Origin: Promethearchaeota archaeon
Lineage (GTDB): Archaea; Asgardarchaeota; Lokiarchaeia; Sigyniarchaeales; SOKP01
DNA: 26,528 bases
Assembly (NCBI GenBank): GCA_048941265.1
Contig: JBHLNT010000047.1
Coordinates: forward strand, 1 to 26,528
Reading direction: 5' to 3'
Positions 8,600 to 18,268 of this stretch are shown here, piece after piece. The translations under genes and the position numbers were made by a program. Under the pieces are notes generated by a model, which made no database searches, was not told the origin of the DNA, and was given only the letters and a program-made list of their open reading frames with translations. Every line of letters starts with the position of its first letter. Position 1 is the stretch's first letter.

Positions 8600-9970
8600 A
8601 TTACCATCGAAGAACAAGAACCTGAGTTTCATAAGCACTTAAGTAAATTCAGTTGCTTAATGATTGGAATAGGAGGTTTAATAGGAGGAGGTATTTTCAG
8701 TGTTATAGGAGTAATATCTGCATTTACAGGACCATATTCTTATTTATCATATGTAATTACTGGAATAGTGGCTCTTATTACAGTATACTCATATCAAAAA
8801 CTTACCTTAAAATGGGGTGATCCTGGGGGAGAATATACTTGTGTTCAAAATGCATTTTATAATTCCAAACTCCAAAATCTCGGACCATTTATTGGTATAT
8901 TATTGTTTTTTGGATATATAGTAACAATGGCTTTATACGCTTATACTTTTAGTATTTATTTTATATTGATGTTCAATGTAAGATACAGCTTTTATTTAAT
9001 CGCTATAATTATCGTCGTTTTAATCTTCATTTTAATGATATTAAACTTAAAAGGAGTTAAAGAGTCAGCGAGAGTACAAGGTATTCTTGTAATAGTTTAC
9101 AGTTGTATTTTCCTTATTTTTATTATTCTTGGAATTAGTTTTACTATGCAAAACCCAGAACGTATGATAACTAATGTAGGATTAGATGGTAAATCAATTA
9201 CTAATATTAATATTATAGGAATAGTACTTGGGAGTAGCTGTATTCTTATATCCTATGAAGGTTTCCAATTAATAGCCTATGGTTCTCATGAAATGGATGA
9301 TAAAGAAGGAGGTCTAAAAATGATGAAATGGGCTGTTATATTTGCAATGATTATTTATTATTTAGTTGGTTTCACAACAATGGCTGTTTTAGGTGTATCT
9401 GAAATAATCAGTGAGGATGCACATAATGCAGAGGTTTCTATAGCTTTAGCTGCTTTAATTTCAATAGGAATATTAGGTATGTTTTTAATAATATTCGGAG
9501 CTCTTTTATCAACAACAAGTGCATTAAATGCGACTATGTTGGGTTCTTCTCGTCTTGCTTATATGATGGCTAAGGACGAAGTACTTCCACAAAAAATCTC
9601 CAAGATCAATAAAAATAAAGTTCCTTTTATTTCAATTATTACTACTGGAATTATTAGCATAATTCTCGCATTATTTACTGGGGGAGCTCTTGCAATCGCA
9701 GGTCTTGCAGGCCTAATTTTTGCTCAAATATTTTTCATTATCAACCTTACTAACTTTAAAGTTAGGAAAGTGACAGGTAGCAATGCCATTTTGCCTATAA
9801 CTGGAATGATACTGACCTCTAGCTTTTTTAGCATATTACTTTTTTATAGCTTTATTAATTTTGATCAAGAAATATATTCATTACTTTCTTTTTTTATAAT
9901 GGAAGCTGCGACCATATTTTTTGTATTTCATATAAAGAGAAGAAATGGAAATTTGAAGAATAAAAATTGA
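8600..9970 (+). CDS. APC-superfamily amino acid permease (probable ATT start at 8600; first ATG at 8660)
   Basis: TM1 motif GIGGLIGGGIF, GGEY, NLKGVKES, SYEGFQ, SSRLAYMMAKDEVLP and many hydrophobic segments. The frame is open upstream of the ATG as far as 8594. Confidence 0.92.
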   Translation: MTIEEQEPEFHKHLSKFSCLMIGIGGLIGGGIFSVIGVISAFTGPYSYLSYVITGIVALITVYSYQKLTLKWGDPGGEYTCVQNAFYNSKLQNLGPFIGILLFFGYIVTMALYAYTFSIYFILMFNVRYSFYLIAIIIVVLIFILMILNLKGVKESARVQGILVIVYSCIFLIFIILGISFTMQNPERMITNVGLDGKSITNINIIGIVLGSSCILISYEGFQLIAYGSHEMDDKEGGLKMMKWAVIFAMIIYYLVGFTTMAVLGVSEIISEDAHNAEVSIALAALISIGILGMFLIIFGALLSTTSALNATMLGSSRLAYMMAKDEVLPQKISKINKNKVPFISIITTGIISIILALFTGGALAIAGLAGLIFAQIFFIINLTNFKVRKVTGSNAILPITGMILTSSFFSILLFYSFINFDQEIYSLLSFFIMEAATIFFVFHIKRRNGNLKNKN

Positions 9971-10145
9971 CTCTTGAATGTCTTTCATTTTAAAGGGAGA
10001 TACTAACACATATAACCTATCCCCTTAAGTGGTTCTGAAAATTTAAAAATATATTTATAAAATCAAATTTTTATTATTTCAGTATACAAAATTCTACAAT
10101 TTTAAGTTAAGAGTTACGGGTTAGAATTGTATAAAGGATGCTAAA

Positions 10146-13100
10146 ATGCGTTCAATTCGAAACAAAAAAAAAATTAAAAATAAAGGAATTTTAGAAATTT
10201 CGTTTTTATCATCAATAATTGTGATTTTATTTCTAATTCAGATTAATAATATTTCCCCTTTATTATCACCTAACTGTAAAGTAAATGAGAATCAAAATCT
10301 TACTACTTTTAATGATAGTTTAAGGATTTCTGCTGATAAAGACATATTATTTCAGGGAACGGAAGAAGCCTTAAATATTACTGATTATGGTAATCTATAT
10401 AAACCGAATCAAGAAGTTTCGTTAACAAATGAAGAAGAACTAAATTTTTCTTATGATTTAGATACTGTTAATAATTGGAAGATCTCGAAGATAGAGAATT
10501 CGATTTCAAACATTCAAGATACGAGAAATTGGATAAATAATAGCGATATTTACCCAATAACTAGCTTTAGAGTGGATTATCCTCTTGTAAAAAATTATGG
10601 ATATAACGAAGACGAAAATGATAATCTAGTTACAATTGACGCACCAATTACTGCAGGTGCAACAGCCATGAGAGTACATTTTGTTAATATCTCTTTTCAA
10701 TATTATTTAGATTATATATTTATCGAAGATGAAAATTTTGTACGATATTATATAGATACAGGTTTTAAAGAAGATTTTTTCTCTCCTTGGATAGTTGGAG
10801 ATTCATTACGGGTTTACATCGAGTCTGATAATACAGGCCCAAATCCGGGTGATGGATATATTATTAACTACTATGAATTTATAAATGCTAGTTCAAATTC
10901 GCAAATAAATTTTTATTCATGGGGCTCATCGAATGATGTAGATAGTAGTGTGAGAACAACATTTGGATCAGGATTGATGAATGGTTCCACAGCCTTTTAT
11001 CTTGGAATGCATGGAAATTCATTTTTTGATGCAACATATAACACATATAGGACAACTTATTATAAGGGGGATTATATTGAGATATATCAAAATATTTCTA
11101 TTCCAAGAGGCAAATTGATTGATGCATATATTAGCTTTGACTATTATCCTCAATTTGCAATGGATGCTGGAAATAATTTCCTCTACTTTGCTATAAATAA
11201 TCAAGAAATTTATTCAAAATCCTTACTGGAGATAGTTGATTTGGGTAGAAATCAATGGCATTCTACTGGAAAATATAATCTCGAACTATGGTCAAATACG
11301 TCTAATGTTTTTGATAATATACTTAATGATCAACAACTTAATATATCATTTGGCATTAAAAGTAAAAGTTTCACAACATATAGTTACTATGTCGATAATT
11401 CTCAACAAATATTTTGGTTTGATAACATTACTTTAGGACTGACAACCATTGCTAATTCGACTCAAGAGGGAATAAATTTAACAATAAATAGTGTTAATCT
11501 ATTCGATGGTAATCAATGGGGTTATGCATCCCGAGATTTTATTGATATACCGCAAAAAGATCCTGTTATTCTAACCATAAATACAACATCTCCAAGCATT
11601 AAATTTGATTTAAACACAACTCTATATGGATATCATAAGTCAACGTCCAAAATCAATCAAGAACATGATGAGGGTATTTCATATAAGATTTTGGAAAACG
11701 GCACAATAATTTGGGAATTTTTACATAATTTTTATTGGCCTCCTCAGTATTCAGATTTTGAGTTTATAATTGAAAAACCACTAAATTGGAAATTTCATTA
11801 CGTAAAAGATCAGGGTAATAACTTAAGAACCTTTGAAGGTGGAGAAGTAGGGGATAATTACTTGAAAATTAATAAAACAGAAGCTGTTTTTTATGGGTGG
11901 TGGTCATTTAAAGCGAGCTCGCCTAACTATATCAATGTCACAAATACTAAAATGCTAAAAAACGGTCAATGGACACATAGTAGTTTTACATCTGGGGAAT
12001 CCACGAAGATTAAGACAAATATAACTTATAATAATAAAATTCCACCGCATTTGAATTATACTCTTGTAAATTTAGTAATATATGATCCACAGAATGAACT
12101 TTGGTATAATAATAGTATTACCCCGGAATTAAATGGTCAGGTAATATTTTCATTAATACCATTCACATCAAAAAATACCCTTGGAGGAGTATACATTTAT
12201 AAGCTTTTATGGAGAAATGGAACAGCATTAGGTGGTATATCTTCCAGTTTTATTATATCTCATGAAAGTAAGTTAGAACTATTAAAACCCGAAGAGGCTG
12301 AAGATGATTTAAGATTAGAAGCATTTCTCGGGGATATCATTCCCTTAAGAGTATATCTTTATGATGATGAAAATGACTTGCCAATCTCAGGTGCCGTTGT
12401 TTATTTTGAATGGGAGGATGGGAAAAAAGAATATCTTGAGGAAGCTTCTCCTGGAGTTTATGAAGCAACAATTGAGACTAATAACTTTAAATCGACAGGT
12501 TTGCATAAGATTGAGATTCACGCATCAAAAATAGGATTTTCCGATAGTGAAATAGTGTTAGAATTAGAATTGACTGAAGAAACCGATTTACTATTTTGGA
12601 TTATAATTGGGGCATTAATCATTATAGTTAGTATATTAAGTGTTTTAAGTCTAAGATCTTACGTTTTCATACCTCGAAAAGAAAGAAAAGAAGCAGAATT
12701 GATAGCAAAAACACAAAGATATAAAGATCTTCAAAATATTCAAGCAGTAGTTATTATTCACAAATCTGGAGGTGTGCCAGTTTATTTAAAGAGCTATTCA
12801 ATATTAGAGCACCAAAAAAAGGAATTATTTTCTGGATTTATTCAGGCAATAACTACAATTGGGGAAGAAATTTCGGGGAAAGGAACCATTATTGCCGATG
12901 AAAAAGAAGTAAGTAAAGAAGAAAGAATACTTGAAATTGATTTCAAGCACTTTCATTGCTTGATTGCGGACAAGGGGATTGTAAGAACAATTTTTATTCT
13001 TCGAGATAAAGCTTCTGAGAGATTAAGAAAACATGTCGCAAACTTTTCATTAGATATTTATTCTAATTTGAAGGAGAGATTTGATAGTTGGGATGGAGAT

Positions 13101-13418
13101 CTAGATGAATTTGAAAGGGATATCCCTCCTATTTTAAATGACCATTTTGAATTATATTATAAAGAGCCTTGTATATTAACAAAACCAGAAATCATAGCAA
13201 AAATTCGAAAAGATAATGAACTCAATTCCATGGAGTTGCGAATATTAAATGTTATTTACTCATTTCTAAAAGGTAGGGGGAAAAACGAATTTTATTTGGA
13301 TTATATTTTAGAAGTAGTGCATGAAGAAAACAAAGATTTGATAATAGAATCCATAGAAACTCTTCTTAATAGGAAAATTATTATTCCTAGTCAAGATGAA
13401 AAATACAACTTAATATAA
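10146..13418 (+). CDS. Large single-pass membrane protein: beta-rich ectodomain (CUB-like and Ig-like segments), TM helix, cytoplasmic longin-like domain + winged helix
   Basis: Basic then hydrophobic N-terminal signal/anchor and many NxS/T sequons. CUB-like stretch AMRVHFVNISFQYYLDYIFIED...DSLRVYIESD...GYIINYYE; TM LLFWIIIGALIIIVSILSVLSL; longin-like IQAVVIIHKSGGVPVY...LFSGFIQAITTIGEEI...; wHTH-like end. Confidence 0.8.
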   Translation: MRSIRNKKKIKNKGILEISFLSSIIVILFLIQINNISPLLSPNCKVNENQNLTTFNDSLRISADKDILFQGTEEALNITDYGNLYKPNQEVSLTNEEELNFSYDLDTVNNWKISKIENSISNIQDTRNWINNSDIYPITSFRVDYPLVKNYGYNEDENDNLVTIDAPITAGATAMRVHFVNISFQYYLDYIFIEDENFVRYYIDTGFKEDFFSPWIVGDSLRVYIESDNTGPNPGDGYIINYYEFINASSNSQINFYSWGSSNDVDSSVRTTFGSGLMNGSTAFYLGMHGNSFFDATYNTYRTTYYKGDYIEIYQNISIPRGKLIDAYISFDYYPQFAMDAGNNFLYFAINNQEIYSKSLLEIVDLGRNQWHSTGKYNLELWSNTSNVFDNILNDQQLNISFGIKSKSFTTYSYYVDNSQQIFWFDNITLGLTTIANSTQEGINLTINSVNLFDGNQWGYASRDFIDIPQKDPVILTINTTSPSIKFDLNTTLYGYHKSTSKINQEHDEGISYKILENGTIIWEFLHNFYWPPQYSDFEFIIEKPLNWKFHYVKDQGNNLRTFEGGEVGDNYLKINKTEAVFYGWWSFKASSPNYINVTNTKMLKNGQWTHSSFTSGESTKIKTNITYNNKIPPHLNYTLVNLVIYDPQNELWYNNSITPELNGQVIFSLIPFTSKNTLGGVYIYKLLWRNGTALGGISSSFIISHESKLELLKPEEAEDDLRLEAFLGDIIPLRVYLYDDENDLPISGAVVYFEWEDGKKEYLEEASPGVYEATIETNNFKSTGLHKIEIHASKIGFSDSEIVLELELTEETDLLFWIIIGALIIIVSILSVLSLRSYVFIPRKERKEAELIAKTQRYKDLQNIQAVVIIHKSGGVPVYLKSYSILEHQKKELFSGFIQAITTIGEEISGKGTIIADEKEVSKEERILEIDFKHFHCLIADKGIVRTIFILRDKASERLRKHVANFSLDIYSNLKERFDSWDGDLDEFERDIPPILNDHFELYYKEPCILTKPEIIAKIRKDNELNSMELRILNVIYSFLKGRGKNEFYLDYILEVVHEENKDLIIESIETLLNRKIIIPSQDEKYNLI

Positions 13419-13450
13419 TTTTATTATATCTCCTTTTTTTATTTTTATAT

Positions 13451-14098
13451 ATGGTACAGAAAAAAGAAGAATTTAAAGAACTTAGGTTTGTCTGTACAAG
13501 ATGCGGAAATTGTTGTATTGATAAGAATACTCTTGTAAATCTTACTTATTCTGATATTTTAAGAATTAAGAATGGTCTAAAATTAACAGTCGAGGAGATT
13601 TTAGAAATCCTCGGATTTTATATTTTTGATAAAAAACCTACTGAAGAAGAAACAAAAAAAATGGTTGTTCCTCCATTAGAAACCGAGCGAGGCTTAGCTT
13701 TTATAGGCTTAAAAAAAGATTCCTCTGGAAAATGTTACTTTTATAATGATAAGCGAAAAAAATGTTTAATATATAAAATCAGACCAATGTTTTGTCGGAC
13801 ATTTCCATTTACTTTCCGAATTTTCTTTAATAAAGAAAATCCAAATCAAGCCAAGATAAAAATGCAATATACAGAGAAGGGTATGAAATATTGCCCTGGA
13901 ATTGGTGATGATAATCCACTCATAGATGAGGATGAGTGGATTAAAGTTGGTAAAACAACTATTGAAGAAATGAGTGCTAATAATGTGCTTATTGAAAAAT
14001 GGAATGAAGTGGCTAAGAAAGGAAAAATTAAACCGACGGCTAAAAATTTTGTCTTAACTATTCTTAAATTAGAACAAAAAAACTCTAAATTGAGTTAA
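13451..14098 (+). CDS. YkgJ-family cysteine-cluster (putative Fe-S/Zn) protein
   Basis: FVCTRCGNCC, CYFY, CLIYKIRPMFCRTFPF, YCPGIG. Confidence 0.9.
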   Translation: MVQKKEEFKELRFVCTRCGNCCIDKNTLVNLTYSDILRIKNGLKLTVEEILEILGFYIFDKKPTEEETKKMVVPPLETERGLAFIGLKKDSSGKCYFYNDKRKKCLIYKIRPMFCRTFPFTFRIFFNKENPNQAKIKMQYTEKGMKYCPGIGDDNPLIDEDEWIKVGKTTIEEMSANNVLIEKWNEVAKKGKIKPTAKNFVLTILKLEQKNSKLS

Positions 14099-15624
14099 CT
14101 TAATTCTGCGTATTGTGCACCTGCTATAAGTGCCCAAAATAACATTCTTAATTCGATAGTTAATGCAGATTTTTCTATTTTCCAATTAAAATACTCATTT
14201 GAATTATCAGAGTCGAAAAAAGTAGTGCTCTCTGTTATAAAATTGAACAATTCTTTACAGAATTCGGATTCTATTCTTTTTAAATCGAGTAAGTCGAAAA
14301 TTAAGAGCATTCTGGCAGAATCCGTTATAGAGAGGTAAATTTTATCATTTTGCGTTATAATATTTTTCAATTTTATAGCATAATATCTGAATTGATTTAA
14401 ATTTATTATGTTGTCTAACAGTTGTATAATTGATAATTGTTCAAAGATATCTAATATTTGATTGATTGATTCCTTGCTTGAGAAAATATCTAAACTTAAA
14501 ATTGGATTTATCTGATGTGTTTTAATTTCTCTAATTGCATCACTTTGTTCTAGTAGTTTTAAGCAGAGGATTTTATAAAAATTTAAATGTAAATTCTCCC
14601 GTATAAAATCTTTCAATTCAGACTCGAAGTAAACTTGAATGTCAGAAACATTGATTATATCCGTATTATTTAAGATTTTTAATTCTAAAAGAATTGAAAG
14701 TCCAAAGTAATTACTAATTGGATCTGGTTTTCCATCTTTAGAAGAACAAAAAGTTTTGCTACTTACAAATCTTTTGAGGATATGAATAATTTCATCTACC
14801 TTAAAAGGGAGATTAATATTTAGCATTTGAAGTATAGAAATAAGATAAAAGAGATTTTCTAAGTCATAAAAGTCTTGATTTCTAATAATACTATTTATTA
14901 AATTATCTTTATTAATATTGAATTTTTTCAGAACTTCTTCCTTAATTGGATTGAATTTTAAGAAATAATATAAAGAAGGTTCATGAATTTCTTGGGTTAT
15001 AGAATTTGGTTGTTGAATTAGCTGCGATGTAGACTTGTAAATATTTTTTTTTTCAGCACTAATCCTTGTCAAATCAATTGAGAAATCAGAAGGATTTATA
15101 TAATTCGTGAGAACTGATATATTTTCTTTTATTATATTATTTGTCAAGGCTGATATTTCATGTTCTTGTTTAAAATTATCGAGGTTATTAATAAAATTAT
15201 TAGGTAACAAATCAAAAAGATTTAATTTCTTCATTTTTGAAGAATCTCTTTCGAATAAATATTCTAATAAAATTTCGAGAAGTTGTTGTTCAATATACTC
15301 TCTTAAATGCTTATCTAAATTATTGTAATAATTTATATTATTTTTTGAATTTTCTAAGAGATTTTCTTTGAATTGTTTAAGTACCGTGTTTAATTTTACT
15401 TTAGGGACGCCAATAGTCATTAATGCCAGGTTTGTTATTTCGATTACTCTTTCTATGATTTCTCTGCTAAATTTTTCCTTATTATTAAATTCATCTATAG
15501 GAAAATGAAGATCTCTTTCCTCTAAAATTTCTAGAGTATACCAATAGAATCTCTGATAGAAATCTAAAATTTCACTTTGAAATTCCTGATAGAATGCTGC
15601 TAATAAACTGGCTAATTCTTCCAT
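14095..15624 (-). CDS. Hypothetical all-alpha protein; C-terminal half resembles degenerate alpha/alpha-barrel (prenyltransferase-like) repeats
   Basis: 509-aa ORF with recurring helices DLENLFYLISILQML, DPISNYFGLSILLEL and SITDSARMLLIFDLL. Its stop overlaps the convergent gene's stop at TTAA 14095-14098. Confidence 0.7.
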   Translation of the reverse strand: MEELASLLAAFYQEFQSEILDFYQRFYWYTLEILEERDLHFPIDEFNNKEKFSREIIERVIEITNLALMTIGVPKVKLNTVLKQFKENLLENSKNNINYYNNLDKHLREYIEQQLLEILLEYLFERDSSKMKKLNLFDLLPNNFINNLDNFKQEHEISALTNNIIKENISVLTNYINPSDFSIDLTRISAEKKNIYKSTSQLIQQPNSITQEIHEPSLYYFLKFNPIKEEVLKKFNINKDNLINSIIRNQDFYDLENLFYLISILQMLNINLPFKVDEIIHILKRFVSSKTFCSSKDGKPDPISNYFGLSILLELKILNNTDIINVSDIQVYFESELKDFIRENLHLNFYKILCLKLLEQSDAIREIKTHQINPILSLDIFSSKESINQILDIFEQLSIIQLLDNIINLNQFRYYAIKLKNIITQNDKIYLSITDSARMLLIFDLLDLKRIESEFCKELFNFITESTTFFDSDNSNEYFNWKIEKSALTIELRMLFWALIAGAQYAELS

Positions 15625-15985
15625 TTATCGATTTTTAAATAATAAAGGATTATTATAATTGAGATAAATTATTCTAATTTATAAGGATATTATGATAGGT
15701 TTAAATCTAATTATTATGATGTGTTTTTAAAAGTAAATACAATTATCAATAGAAAATAAGAATAGTTTAAAAATTACATCCTTTTCACCTTTATAGATTT
15801 CGAAATAGATTATTTGAAATCCAATGAATACGGCTTTAATTTACAAATTTTATCTTATATCTCCATACTTGAGTAAATATTTTTTTATTTTGTAATAATA
15901 GCTCTATCGTAATGTTTTTGATGATATGACGATATTTATATTGTATATCATTAATCATTCCTTTACACAAAATAATTCTAAGATA

Positions 15986-16732
15986 ATGGAAACCTACTAT
16001 TATAATAAAATTGCTAGTGATTACAATTCGAAAAGAAACCAACCATGGATCTCTCTAGGTCAATTTTTAAATGGATTATACAAGAAAGGATATCGTTTTA
16101 ATGGATTTTGCCTCGATTTAGGTTGTGGTAATGGACGAAATTTTAAGTTATTTAAAAAGAATATGAATAATAGGTTAATTGGTATTGATAATTCTTTTGA
16201 GTTTATAAAAATCGCTCAAGATCGTATAATAAATTCTACTCTTTTTTCTAAAATCGAACAAAATAATATTCAATTAATTCTTGGAGATATAAAATACATT
16301 CCTGTTAGAGCATATTCTGTTCAAAATATTTTTTCAATTGCTACAATTCATCATATCAAATATAATTCTGAAAGAAAAAGAGTCATACATCAGATAAATA
16401 ATCTATTAACTAAAAATGGGTATTTTTTATTAACTGTATGGCGCAGATGGCAAAAAAAACTTATAAAATATTTTATTAAAGATTGGTTTAATCGAACTTT
16501 TAAAGTAAATTATAAAAGATATCAAAGAGAATTAGAGTTAACAGATTTTGGAGATAAATTTGTTCCTTGGACAGTATCAGCTGAGAATAAAACCTATAAT
16601 CGTTTTTATCATTTCTTTTCAAAGCGAGAAATAAAAAATTTGATTAACCGTTTTAAAATGAAAGAGTTTAGGATCTTGGGGGGATCTACTAATAAAGACA
16701 ATTTTTTCATTTTAACTCAAAAAACTAGGTAA
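15986..16732 (+). CDS. Class I SAM-dependent methyltransferase, Trm9/ALKBH8-like (putative tRNA methyltransferase)
   Basis: YNKIASDYNSKRNQPW, LDLGCGNGRN, IGIDNS, SIATIHHI, LLTVW, DKFVPW, RFYHFF. ATG at 15986 is preferred over 15926 because family similarity begins there. Confidence 0.85.
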   Translation: METYYYNKIASDYNSKRNQPWISLGQFLNGLYKKGYRFNGFCLDLGCGNGRNFKLFKKNMNNRLIGIDNSFEFIKIAQDRIINSTLFSKIEQNNIQLILGDIKYIPVRAYSVQNIFSIATIHHIKYNSERKRVIHQINNLLTKNGYFLLTVWRRWQKKLIKYFIKDWFNRTFKVNYKRYQRELELTDFGDKFVPWTVSAENKTYNRFYHFFSKREIKNLINRFKMKEFRILGGSTNKDNFFILTQKTR

Positions 16733-16742
16733 TAATAAAGAC

Positions 16743-17234
16743 TTAATGACAATTTATTGAATTGTAGGCTTCTAAAAGAAAGGGTTTAAAGCCTTCATAA
16801 TGGTTCCTTACTACAACTGAATGAATATCAAATTGTCTCTCACTTAACTCACAATAAAATAAGCCATGAATGTGATTTTCTTGATAATATCTTTTTCTCA
16901 TCATCTTGGTTCTATTTCCAAACCAATACGTAAACTCATGGCTGTTTAACCATGCACTTTCTTTTTTTGTAACAACCACATTAATTGCATTATATAAATT
17001 TATAGATTCTTGAACTTCCTTTGGATGATAAAAATCTAATCTTTCTTTTTTCAATATGTTGATTTCAATTTTGGCGTTGCTCCCATAAATTTCATCATAT
17101 TCGTTATATGAATTAAATAATATGGTTCCCCTCTTTTCATCTCCTTCATATGAAGTTTCTTTGAACCATATAGGTAATTTGTAAATTGTAATATTAAGTT
17201 CTGGTTTTTCATAAATATAATAATTCTTTTGCAT
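16743..17234 (-). CDS. Hypothetical protein (possible PsbP/Mog1-like fold)
   Basis: 163-aa ORF on the same strand as the eL13 and GTPase genes, with LPxW near the N-terminus, FYCELSER, and a terminal helix ending SINCH. The fold is a guess. Confidence 0.7.
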   Translation of the reverse strand: MQKNYYIYEKPELNITIYKLPIWFKETSYEGDEKRGTILFNSYNEYDEIYGSNAKIEINILKKERLDFYHPKEVQESINLYNAINVVVTKKESAWLNSHEFTYWFGNRTKMMRKRYYQENHIHGLFYCELSERQFDIHSVVVRNHYEGFKPFLLEAYNSINCH

Positions 17235-17422
17235 CTTAAGCTTTATTATACTAGTATTTACTTAATCACTCTCTTTATTGATTTATATATTTAAAAAATT
17301 TAAAATTATGGTTTTATCCTTATTTCTATAATGAAATTGTTAATTCAGTCTGAAATAGCTAAACCAATATTAAAAATTTAGAAGATTAAGTCAACGATAA
17401 TTTTAAGAGATTTAGGATAGAT

Positions 17423-18133
17423 TTATTTCTTTAATAAATCTTTCCCTTCATTAATCCATTTTTTTATTCTCTCTTCAGAAACCCCTGAAATTATCATACT
17501 TAATTCCTCTGGGATTTCTTTTATTAAATCTTCAACAGTATTAACACCTACTTCATTGAATTTCTTCACAGTCGCTTTACCCAAGCCTGATAATTCAGTT
17601 AATGGAGTTCCTATTTTTTCTTCCTTGACTATTTCTTTCTTTTTAGGTTTTTCTTTTTCATCTAGTTTTTCCTCAATAATTGGAACTAATTCTTCTTTTT
17701 CTATTGGTTTCTCTTTTATTTTGATTTTTGGGATTCTTTTTGCTTTGCTAGGTTGCTTAACTTTTTGTTTAGGAATTTTAGCCACCTTAACTGGTTTTTG
17801 AGCAGGGACTTTCACTTTTTCAACTGGTTTTGTTTTCTTCTTTACTTTCTTTGTTCTAACTCTTACTTTCTTTTCTTTTCGAATGAAGGGTGGTCTTTTT
17901 TTTTCTTTCCTAACAGGTACTTTTATTTTTTTTAATTGTTCAATATTAGATTGATGAACTGATTTTCTTTCAAAATCTATTTTTATACCTAATGTTCTAA
18001 TCATTTGGATACTTTTTGCTGCTGCCTTTATTTCACCTAAGGAAAAACCACTTCCTTTTCTTAAAAGTGCTTCCCTAGAGGGCGATTTAACAATAGCTTG
18101 GGGTTTAATGCTAGCGTCTTCAGTTTTTTCCAT
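17423..18133 (-). CDS. rpl13e: Ribosomal protein eL13 (L13e) fused through a Lys-rich linker to a C-terminal helix-hairpin-helix domain
   Basis: N-terminal PQAIVKSP...RKGSGFSLGEIKAA...LGIKIDFERKSVHQSNIEQLK matches the L13e signature. C-terminal LTELSGLGKATVKKFNEVGVNTVEDL...ISGVSEERIKKWI is a tandem HhH. Confidence 0.82.
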   Translation of the reverse strand: MEKTEDASIKPQAIVKSPSREALLRKGSGFSLGEIKAAAKSIQMIRTLGIKIDFERKSVHQSNIEQLKKIKVPVRKEKKRPPFIRKEKKVRVRTKKVKKKTKPVEKVKVPAQKPVKVAKIPKQKVKQPSKAKRIPKIKIKEKPIEKEELVPIIEEKLDEKEKPKKKEIVKEEKIGTPLTELSGLGKATVKKFNEVGVNTVEDLIKEIPEELSMIISGVSEERIKKWINEGKDLLKK

Positions 18134-18268
18134 AATTTATACCAAAAAAATCTCTTAATTAATTAATCAAGATAAAGTATGAAAATTTTTAATTTTTACG
18201 ATATTAACCATGGAAAATTAGTCAAATCTTTAAAAATTAACAATAATTTTAAATGCTGAGCAAATTCT

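Noticed and set aside
8600-9970. APC permease as an SLC38A9-like sensor for the Rag-like GTPase
   Set aside because: It is 9 kb away on the other strand, lacks a long cytosolic N-terminal extension and looks like an ordinary prokaryotic APC transporter.
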